Source of the DNA: Antedon mediterranea
Taxonomy: Eukaryota > Animalia > Echinodermata
Assembly: GCF_964355755.1 (NCBI RefSeq)
Contig: NC_092676.1
Coordinates: 17,998,871-18,062,870, forward strand
Length of the DNA stretch: 64,000 nt
Reading direction: 5' to 3'
Of the stretch, positions 1 through 12,000 are shown piece by piece (the first letter of the stretch is position 1; each line of letters opens with the position of its first letter). The notes under the pieces were generated by a model. That model did not search any database. It worked only from the letters and a program-made list of their open reading frames with translations, and was not told the origin of the DNA. The translations under genes and the position numbers were made by a program.

Positions 1-46
1 AAATATATCAGCTGGTAAATTACTAATTTGGTTGTTTTCCAAAAAT
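1..46 (-). CDS. LRR exon (truncated by window edge), FLENNQISNLPADIF
   Basis: Acceptor tttttgcag; same framework as the other 72-nt exons. Confidence 0.8.
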
Positions 47-3000
47 CTGCAAAAATAAAAATGAACAACATTTAAAGTGAAGTTTGACTATTTTATATTT
101 TACCCATGGTTTCACTATTTTGTTTTCTTTATTTTTTTTTAACATAATTTTTTATCCAACTTTTAAAATTTATGTATGATCTTGTTTAGAGAAAGTATAT
201 AAAAAGAAAGTTGAAAAATTAATGTTTTTATTTAATATGATTAACTTAAATTAATCATTTCACAATAATTTTACAAATGTTATAATAAATTGCAATTATT
301 GCTATTCATCATCATCACAAACAGGGCACTTAAGACTTCTCCAATCAGAGAGATTATTAGCCAAAGTGTACATAGACTTATTTATTTTTTCTTTTTGCAT
401 CATTTTCTATAATTTTTATCCATGTGGTTCTAGGTTGTTCTCTTCTGTCATTGATTCAGATAGAGCTCCTTGTGCTGGGATATCATAGTCTAGACTAAGA
501 AGGTGTCCACACCATGTCAAGCGTCTTCTCTTTATAACTCTGTTCCATTTTTCCTCATTTGTGCTGTTATATAAATCTATATTTGTTATTATATTAGACC
601 ATCTGGAATAATTAATGTTTAAGTTAAATGCCTTCAGTTGATTATGTTGCTATCAACTATGATTAATGAATTAAGAGTATAACACAATACGTACAAAACA
701 TACTTACAATCTTTGCAAATTGTTCAATCCATCAAATATATCAGCTGGTAAATTACTAATTTGGTTGCCCCACAAAGATCTGCAAAAATAAAAAATGAAC
801 AACATTTACAAGTGAAGTTTGACTACTTTATATTTTACCCATGGTTTCACTATTTTGTTATATTTAGTTTATTTTAACATAATTTAATAAGCAAAAGTAC
901 ATATAAGGGCACTATACTGTATTTCATTAGTGATACATATATCAATCATATTGATTGAATTATTAGTGTCTATGATTCATGCACCTTTCTGACCGTTGAT
1001 CATTCACTAGAGCACTGTTAATATGTCCATTAATACAACATCTGTATCATTTTTTTTAAAGCCAACACATTAAAAATATTTCATTTATGTAAAAATAATG
1101 TTTCAAATTTATAGCTTTTGTTTAATAATAACACAATAAGTACAAAACATACTTACAAGTCTTGCAAATTGTTCAATCCATCAAATATATCAGCTGGTAA
1201 ATTTCGAATTTCATTACCATTCAACCATCTGAAAAAAAATTAAAAATTAACCACATTTAAAAGTGAAATTTGTCTATTTTATCACCCATGCTTTTACTAA
1301 ATTTGTTTTCCTTCGTTTATTTTAACATATTTTTTAAGGCAAATTTGTATGATAATTTACGTATGATAATTTTGTTCAGTTCTTTTTGTTATTATATTAG
1401 GCCATCTGGAAAGATTAATGTTTAAGTTAAATGCCTTCAGTTGATTATGTTGCTATCAACTATGATTAATGAATTGTGAGTAATAATAATGCAATAAGTA
1501 CAAAACATATACTTACAAGACTTGCAAATTGTTCAATCCATCAAATATATCAGCTGGTAAATTACTAATTTGGTTGTCGTACAAATATCTGCAAAAATAA
1601 TATAGAACATTTAAAAGTGAAGTTTGTATACTTTATACTACCTATGGTTTCACTATTTTGATTTCTTTAGTTTATTTTAACATAATTTTGTATCCAACTT
1701 TTAAAATTTATGTTTGATCTTGTTTAGGGAAAGTATATAAAAAGAAAGTTGAAAAATTAATGTTTTTATTTAATATGATTAACTTAAATTAATCATTTCA
1801 CAATAATTTTACAAATGTTATAATAAATTGCAATTATTGCTATTCATCATCATCACAAACAGAGCACTTAAGATTTCTCCAATCAGAGAGATTATTAGCC
1901 AAAGTGTAAATAGACTTATTAGGTGATCATTTAGAATAAAATGATCACCTATTGTTATTGTACAAAATCTTTATTGTTATTATTATTCTTCTTTCTGTAC
2001 ACTTTTTGTTCGTCAAATATCACAAAAAGTTGAATAGCAATGATCACAAAAATTTCACAATGTCTTTCAAATATTTTAACTTAGCCATAATAAGCTTTTC
2101 AGCGTGATCACTCATCCGTTGCGTCACGTATACGCCATTTTGTGAAATCACATTATCAATCATATATCCATAATTTATTATCACATATTTATGAAATTCA
2201 CTACACGTAAACTTCAGGTCAAGGGTAAAAATATTAGCAAGTAAAAATGCGCGCGCACGTAGGGTCATGCGTGTGGAATCGCGCAGTAAAAATTTAAAAA
2301 GCTCAAAATTACGTTTTAATCAATTTAGAGCATGAATTAGGCCATTTGCGTGTTTCAAAAAATGACTGCGCAAAAAAAATATTTTGCGCGCGCGATACAT
2401 ACAAAGCGTAAAAATTGCAGTTTTTTTATACAAATCGCGTTCTACTCACCATCCTTAGTACATTCACCTAATTTGAGTAAGTTCCGACTGAAAATAACGC
2501 TATACGAGCAGGTTAAAAATAACAAAATGCGCAAATTAATTGCATCAAAGTGCTGAAAATGGTGAAAAATAAGGCCTTTTTAAAATGAATATAACTCTTC
2601 AGAATGGCAGGTGACCCCCAATTTTTTTAACTTATTCGGGAAGCCATTGGGTTGTAGATACATATTCATGTACACATTAGACGTACAAAATGGTATGACG
2701 TCATCAAATGGCCACTTCAATTTAAAAATTAGTAATTTTAATCTTTTTGTGTGGGTTATCACATTCAATAGACCGCATCTCCGTTATTTGAGCCCGATTT
2801 TCGCCGAAATTTTAGTATGTGCTTGCTCAATTAATTATCTTTCTCAAGGGTTGTCAACATTTTTATTTTGATGACGTCATCATGTGTAAAAACTTTAATA
2901 ACCAAGGTCGTGTAATTTCAGCTACACCATACATTTGAATATGTTATAGCTCTTCAGAATTAAAGGTGACCTTGAAGATTATAATTTATTATGAAAGCTG

Positions 3001-6000
3001 ATTAAATGTAGATATGAATTCATATAAAAATTAAGCCTATCGGATGTTGTGATGTTATCATATGGCCAGTTGAAGTTAAAACGTTGTTTTTAAATTTCTT
3101 TAGTCAAAGTTATACAAATTTCAAAGAGCGCGCATTGCGCTTCTACGTGTCAAATTATCTTCCAATCCTTATATTTATTTGCTCAATTCATTATCTTTCG
3201 AAATTGTCATCTTCGAGTTTATTTTGATAATTCCATCATACCAAAAAATTTGAACATGATGTGGGTCCCGTAATTTCACCTATGCTACACTGTATATAGA
3301 TATACAGTATATACTGTACATATTGTATATGACACATAATAGGCACAACTCCGCACTATAAGCGTATAACAGGATGGTATACATCAACATTTTCCTATTG
3401 TATGTTAACGTACGTGCATGTTTAAAAAATATTAATGTAAGTAAAGCGATAAAAATGATCACCTATAATTCGTCAAAGTGACGAATTAAATTCTAGTTTG
3501 TTTTTTCTTTTTGCATCATTTTCTATAATAATTTTTATCCATGTGGTTCTAGGTTGTTCTCTTCTGTCATTGATTCTGATAGAGCTCCTTGTGCTGGGAT
3601 ATCATAGTCTAGACAAAGAAGGTGTCCACACCATGTCAAGCGTCTTCTCTTTATAACTCTGTTCCATTTTTCCTCATTTGTGCTGTTATATAAATCTATA
3701 TTTGTTATTATATTAGACCATCTGGAATAATTAATGTTTAAGATAAATGCCTTCAGTTGATTATGTTGCTATCAACTATGATTAATGAATTGTGAGTAAT
3801 AATAATGCAATAAAGTACAAAACATACTTACAACCATAGCAAATTGTTCAATCCATCAAATATATCAGCTGGTAAATTACTAATTTGGTTATTATCCAAA
3901 GCTCTGCAAAAATAAAAAATGAACAACATTTAAAAGTGAAGTTTTACTACTTTATATGCTACCCATGGTTTCACTATTTTGATTTCTTAAGTATATTTTA
4001 ACATAATTTTTTATCCAACTTTTGGAATTTATGTATGATTATTTTGTTCAGGGTAAACTTAACATTGCAAGTTGAAACAGAATTCAGATCTTATAAAAGA
4101 GCACTGTGAATATGTCCATTAAATACAATAATTTGTTTCATTGTGGTTAAAATCAACACATCAAATATATTTGATTTATATGAAAATAATGTTGAAAAAT
4201 TAATGTTTTTTTGTTTAATATGATTAACTTAAATTAATCATTTCAAAATAATTTTACAAATGTTATAATAAATTGCAATTATTGCTATTTATCATCATCA
4301 CGAACACTGAACGTCATCTGACATAGTGCACTTTTAAGTCTTAAAAGACTTCTACAATCAGAGAGATTATTGGCCAAAGTGTGCATGGAATTATTTATTT
4401 TTTCTTTTCTATCATTTTTTATAATTTTTATCCATGTGGTTCTAGGTTGTTCTCTTCTGTCATTGATTCTGATAGAGCTCCTTGTGCTGGGATATCATAG
4501 TCTAGATAAAGAAAGTGTCCACACCATGTCAAGCGTCTTCTCTTTATAACTCTGTTCCATTTTTCCTCATTTGTGCTGTTATATAAATCTATATTTGTTA
4601 TTATATTAGGCCATTTGGAATAATTAATGTTTAAGTTAAATGCCTTCAGTTGATTATGTTGCTATTATTATCTATGATTAATGAATTGTGAGTAATAATA
4701 ATGCAATAAGTACAAAACATACTTACAAGACTTGTAAATTGTTCAATCCATCAAATATATCAGCTGGTAAATTACTAATTTGGTTGTCATGCAAATATCT
4801 GCAAAAACAAAAAATGAACAACATTTAAAATTGAAGTTTGACTACTTTATATTTTACCCATAGTTTCACTATTTTGTTTCTTTAGTTTTTTTAAACATAA
4901 TTTTGTATCCAACTTTTAAAATGTATGTATGATCTTGTTTAGGGAAAGTATATAAAAATAAAGTTGAAAAATTAATATTTTTATTTAATATGATTAACTT
5001 AAATTAATCATTTCACAATAATTTTACAAATGTTATAATAAATTGCAATTATTGATATTTATCATCATCATCACGTACACTGAACGCCATGTGACATAGT
5101 GCACTTTTAAGTCTTAAAAGACTTCTCCAATCAGAGAGATTATTAGCCAAAGTGTACATAGACTTATTTATTTTTTCTTTTTGCATCATTTTCTATAATT
5201 TTTATCCATGTGGTTCTAGGTTGTTCTCTTTTGTCATTGATTCAGATAGAGCTCCTTGTGCTGGGATATCATAGTCTAGACAAAGAAGTTATAACTCTGT
5301 TCCATGTTTCCTCATGTGTGCTGTTATATAAATCTATATTTGTTATTATATTAGGCCATTTGGAATAATTAATGTTCAAGTTAAATAACTTCAGTTGATT
5401 ATGTTCCTATTAACTATGATTAATGAATTGTGAGTAATAATAATGCAATAAGTACAAAACATACTTACAAGTCTAGCAAAGTGTTCAATCCATGAAATAT
5501 ACCAGCTGGTAAATCACTAATTTGGTTGTCATAAAGATATCTGCAAAACCAAAATAAACAACATTTAAAAGTGAAGTTTTACTACTTTATACTACCCATA
5601 GTTTCACTATTTTGTTTTCTTTAGTTTATTTTAACATAATTTTTTATCCAACTTTTGGAATTTATGTATGATCTTGTTTAGGGAAAGTATATAAAAATAA
5701 AGTTGAAAAATTAATATTTTTATTTAATATGATTAACTTAAATTAATCATTTCACAATAATTTTACAAATGTTATAATAAATTGCAATTATTGATATTTA
5801 TCATCATCATCACGTACACTGAACGCCATGTGACATAGTGCACTTAAGACTTCTTCAATCTGAGAGATTATTGGCCAAAGTGTACATAGACTTATTTGTT
5901 CTATAATTTTTATCCATGTGGTTTTAGGTCGTGTTTTGACTTTTCTCATTGATTCAGATAGAGTTCATTGCGCCGGGATATCATAGTCTAGACAAAGAAA

Positions 6001-9000
6001 GTGTCCACACCATGTCTAGCGTCTTCTCTTTATAACTCTGTTCCATTTTTCCTCATTTGTGCTGTTATATAAATCTATATTTGTTATTATATTAGGCCAT
6101 CTGGAATGATTAATGTTTAAGTTAAATGCCTTCAGTTGATTATGTTGCTATTAACTATGATTAATGAATTGTGAGTAATAATAATGCAATATGTACAAAA
6201 CATACTTACAAGTATTGCAAATTGTTCAATCCATGAAATATATCAGCTGGTAAATTACTAATTTGGTTATTATCCAACCATCTGCAAAAACAAAAAATGA
6301 ACAACATTTAAAATTGAAGTTTGTCTACTTTATATGCTACCCATAGTTTCACTATTTTGTTTCTTTAGTTTATTTTAACATACTTTTCTATCCAACTTTT
6401 AAAATTTATGTATGATCTTGTTTATAAAAGAAAGTTGAAGAATTAATGTTTTTATTTAATATGATTAACTTAAATTAATCATTTCATAATTATTTTACAA
6501 ATGTTATAATAAATTGCAATTATTGCTATTCATCATCATCACAAACACTGAACGTCATGTGACATAGTGCACTTAAGATTTCTTCAATCAGAGAGATTAT
6601 TGGCCAAAGTGTACATAGACTTATTTGTTCTATAATTTTTATCCATGTGGTTTTAGGTCGTGTCTTGACTTTTCTCATTGATTCAGATAGAGTTCATTGC
6701 GCTGGGATATCATAGTCTAGACAAAGAAGGTGTCCACACCATGTCAAGCGTCTTCTCTTTATAACTCTGTTCCATTTTTCCTCATTTGTGCTGTTATATA
6801 AATCTATATTTGTTATTATATTAGGCCATTTGGAATAATTAATGTTTAATTCCTTCAGTTGATAATGTTGCTATCAACTATGATTAATGAATTGTGAGTA
6901 ATAATAATGCAATAAGTACAAAACATACTTACAAGACTTGCAAATTGTTCAATCCATCAAATATATCAGCTGGTAAATTACTAATTTGGTTGTCATGCAA
7001 ATATCTGCAAAAACAAAAATAAACAACATTTAAAAGTGAAGTTTGACTACTTTATATTTTACCCATAGTTTCACTATTTTGTTATCTTTAGTTTATTTTA
7101 ACATAATTTAATAAGCAAAAGTACATATAAGGGCACTATACTGTATTATATTAGGCCATTTGGAATAATTAATGTTTAAGTTAAATGCCTTCAGTTGATT
7201 ATGTTGCTATCAACTTTGATTAATAAATTGTGAGTAATAATAATGCAATAAGTACAAAACATACTTACAAGACTTGCAAATTGTTCAATCCATGAAATAT
7301 ATCAGCTGGTAAATTACTAATTTGGTAGAACGACAAAGCTCTGCAAAAATAAAAAATGAACAACATTTAAAAGTGAAGTTTGACTACTTTATATTACCCA
7401 TAGTTTCACTATTTTGATTTCTTAAGTATATTTTAACATAATTTTGTATCCAACTTTTGGAATTTATGTATGATCTTGTTTAGGGTAAACTTAACATTGC
7501 GAGTTGAAACAGAATTCATATCTTATAAAAGAGAGCACTGTGAATATGTCCATTAAATACAATAATTTGTTTCATTGTGGTTAAAATCAACACATCAAAA
7601 ATATTTGATTTATATGAAAATAATGTTGAAAAATTAATGTTTTTGTTTAATTTGATTAACTTAAATTAATCATTTCACATTATTTTACAAATGTTATAAT
7701 AAATTCCAATTATGCTATTAATCATCATCACGAACACTGAACGTCATGTGACATAGTGCACTTAAGATTTCTTCAATCAGAGAGATTATTGGCCAAAGTG
7801 TACATAGACTTATTTGTTCTATAATTTTTATCCATGTGGTTTTAGGTCGTGTCTTGACTTTTCTAATTGATTCAGATAGAGCTCCTTGTGCTGGGATATC
7901 ATAGTCTAGACAAAGAAGGTGTCCACACCATGTCAAGCGTCTTCTCTTTATAACTCTGTTCCATTTTTCCTCATTTGTGCTGTTATATAAATCTATATTT
8001 GTTATTATATTAGGCCATTTGGAATAATTAATGTTTAAGTTAAATGCCTTCAGTTGATTATGTTGCTATCAACTATGATTAATGAATTGTGAGTAATAAT
8101 AATGCAATATGTACAAAACATACTTACAACCATAGCAAATTGTTCAATCCATCAAATATATCAGCTGGTAAATTACTAAATTGGTTGTCACCCAAAACTC
8201 TGCAAAAATAAAAAATGAACAACATTTAAAAGTGAAGTTTGTCTACTTTATATGCTACCCATGGTTTCACTATTTTGTTTTCTTAAGTATATTTTAACAT
8301 AATTTTTTATCCAACTTTTGGAATTTATGTATAATTATTTTGTTCAGGGAACTTAACATTGCAAGTTGAAACAGAATTCATATCTTATAAAAGAGAGCAC
8401 TGTGAATATGTCCATTAAATACAATAATTTGTTTCATTGTGGTTAAAATCAACACATCAAAAATATTTGATTTATATGAAAATAATGTTGAAAAATTAAT
8501 GTTTTTTGTTTAATATGATTAACTTAAATTAATCATTTCAAAATAATTTTACAAATGTTATAATAAATTGCAATTATTGCTATTTATCATCATCATCACG
8601 TACACTGAACGTCATGTGACATAGTGCACTTTTAAGTCTTAAAAGACTTCTCCAATCAGACAGATTATTAGCCAAAGTGTACATAGACTTATTTATTTTT
8701 TCTTTTTGCATCATTTTCTATAATTTTTATCCATGTGGTTCTAGGTTGTTCTCTTCTGTCATTGATTCAGATAGAGCTCCTTGTGCTGGGATATCATAGT
8801 CTAGACAAAGAAAGTGTCCACACCATGTCTAGCGTCTTCTCTTAATCACTCTGTTCCATTTTTCCTCATTTGTGCTGTTATATAAATCTATATTTGTTAT
8901 TATATTAGGCCATCTGGAATGATTAATGTTTAAGTTAAATGCCTTCAGTTGATTATGTTGCTATCAACTATGATTAATGAATTGTGAGTAATAATAATGC

Positions 9001-12000
9001 AATATGTACAAAACATACTTACAACCATAGCAAATTCTTCAATCCATCAAATATATCAGCTGGTAAATTACTAAATTGGTTGTCACCCAAAACTCTGCAA
9101 AAATAAAAAATGAACAACATTTAAAAGTGAAGTTTGTCTACTTTATATGCTACCCATGGTTTCACTATTTTGTTTTCTTAAGTATATTTTAACATAATTT
9201 TTTATCCAACTTTTGGAATTTATGTATAATTATTTTGTTCAGGGAACTTAACATTGCAAGTTGAAACAGAATTCATATCTTATAAAAGAGAGCACTGTGA
9301 ATATGTCCATTAAATACAATAATTTGTTTCATTGTGGTTAAAATCAACACATCAAAAATATTTGATTTTATATGAAAATAATGTTGAAAAATTAATGTTT
9401 TTTGTTTAATATGATTAACTTAAATTAATCATTTCAAAATAATTTTACAAATGTTATAATAAATTGCAATTATTGCTATTTATCATCATCATCACGTACA
9501 CTGAACGTCATGTGACATAGTGCACTTTTAAGTCTTAAAAGACTTCTCCAATCAGACAGATTATTAGCCAAAGTGTACATAGACTTATTTATTTTTTCTT
9601 TTTGCATCATTTTCTATAATTTTTATCCATGTGGTTCTAGGTTGTTCTCTTCTGTCATTGATTCAGATAGAGCTCCTTGTGCTGGGATATCATAGTCTAG
9701 ACAAAGAAAGTGTCCACACCATGTCTAGCGTCTTCTCTTAATCACTCTGTTCCATTTTTCCTCATTTGTGCTGTTATATAAATCTATATTTGTTATTATA
9801 TTAGGCCATCTGGAATGATTAATGTTTAAGTTAAATGCCTTCAGTTGATTATGTTGCTATTAACTATGATTAATGAATTGTGAGTAGTAATTTTTTTTTT
9901 TTTCTTTTCTTTTCTTTATTAAAAACAAACCAATTGGCAGCAAATCTGCTGAATTGCATGGTAAGGGACAATATACATTCAAAAGACAAGTAAAGTAATA
10001 GTCATCATCTATATATAAATTTACGTAAGGGCAAAATTCGGTAAATCGCGCCTTACTTCTAGAATTTTTACTCGATGGTATATAAAGTTGGTTCGTACTT
10101 TCGGTACTGATTTTAACCACCTGATGTAACCCTGTTTACTAATTAAATTAAGTTAGATAATTAGTTATTGACGATTAAAACGAATTTAGGTTCAACGATT
10201 TGCCCCAAATAGGGGTGTTTTCCGATCGTGGTATACACTGTCTAATGGATGTCCATCTTGAAAAATACCCGCCACAAAAATGCGAGGAGGCTTCGCATTT
10301 TCCTATCTCCTCCTACGATAATTGTTTTTAATAGCTGAAAACCGGTTGAACAGTTCGAGTACAGCATCATAATGTTGAAGACAGGCCGATTTTCTTTAAA
10401 AAATACTATTTTGATACATTTAATATACGTTTTTACAAATGTATTGATTTGTGATGAATGGAACATTCCAAATTATTTGGTTTAACCATACAGGTATAGA
10501 TTTAGATTTATGGGCCCCCTTGGAGAATAAACATAAATAGTATTACAATGCTGTACCAGGGAGTTCCCTGGCTGTACAATACTGTTAAGGTATTTTAATG
10601 GTTAAAACCACTTTTGATCGCAATTTGAATCGCAAATTTCTTACTGTGAGTGTTGGTACTGTTAGATGTAATATAAAAATATATACAAATAAACTTTATT
10701 ACTGTGAGTGTGGGTAGGCCCTACTGTTAGATTATAAACATATAATATACAAATAAACATTCCAAATTATTTGGTTTAACCATAGAGGTATAGATTTAGA
10801 TTTATGGGCCCCCTTGGAGAATAAACATAAATAGTATTGCAATGCTGTACAATACTGTTAAGGTATTAACCACTTTTGATCGCAATTTGAATCGCAAATT
10901 TCTTACTGTGAGTGTTGGTACTGTTAGATGTAATATAAAAATATATACAAATAAACTTTATTACTGTGAGTGTGGGTAGGCCCTACTGTTAGATTATAAA
11001 CATATAATATACAAATAAATAAACGTTATTACTGACAGTTGCTTCTCAACGTTTGTATTAATTAATAATTTAAAAATATATAAACGTCGTAGTGGTGTAT
11101 CGTTACATGTACTTTACTATTTCAATCGACTATGACAGTGAGAGTTTTAACAAAGTACCGTATTAAATCGTAAATGTTTTACTGTATTTAGTGGTATATT
11201 ATTTATAGGCCTATAAAACATTAAAAACAATATTTCGTTACTGAGTGGATAAGAATATATTTTAAAATGTTTCCTCTTTGTACCTATCCTCTTCCCCCAT
11301 CCCTCAACCCTTAATGTTACATACAAAACACAAATTGGGTTTGTTTAAATGAGTCCAAATAAAAAAATTTGACTCATTTTGTTTCTCTCTCGGAAGTAAT
11401 TCCCAGGGTGCTAATTTTGGTTGACTACATAAATCATTGTGTATATTTATTCGTTTCTGTAAACGACAATGTATTATAGTCTTGCGGTACGTACATTTGA
11501 AATCTCCATTTTTTTCTCGCTGGAAATACTGTGTATTCGAGAACCATCTGTGGGCACGACCTAGATGGTACGCGAGCGAAGCGAGCGTGCCATCTAGTTA
11601 AACAAAATTATCACAATTACAAAATATATGTAAATTTAAACATAAAGTATAAAAAATATAGTCATATTGCAAGGATATAGTATACATTATTACTTAATTA
11701 CAGTATAAAAATATAATCTTAAATTTAAGTTGCAGTATTTACTTTGATTTCTTAATTAAGGTTTACATCAGTCGACTTCAGACAATTAAATAATTACAAT
11801 TATACATTTACAAAAACATTAAATTCAAAATTAAATGAGAATTAAAAATAAATTGAGTCAAATTCAAGAAATTTCTACTAGGCCTATATGTCAAATTGAT
11901 TAATATTTGGTTACATTATACATTTATTTTCTTTTATTATTTAATCAATACTGTTGAGGCAGCGAGTGAGAAACGGGATTGCACTGTTTCCATATCTATT

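Larger units (their letters stand above)
1..9890. repeat. Tandem exon+intron repeat array A (units ~0.35-0.9 kb)
   Basis: Recurrent blocks gtacaaaacatacttac-exon-ctgcaaaaa and shared intron modules. Confidence 0.95.

Noticed and set aside
1-9094. VLR-style somatic assembly from donor cassettes
   Set aside because: Cassettes are ordinary in-order exons with intact splice sites; no incomplete germline gene, recombination signals or deaminase/recombinase gene is seen. The resemblance is limited to the variability pattern.
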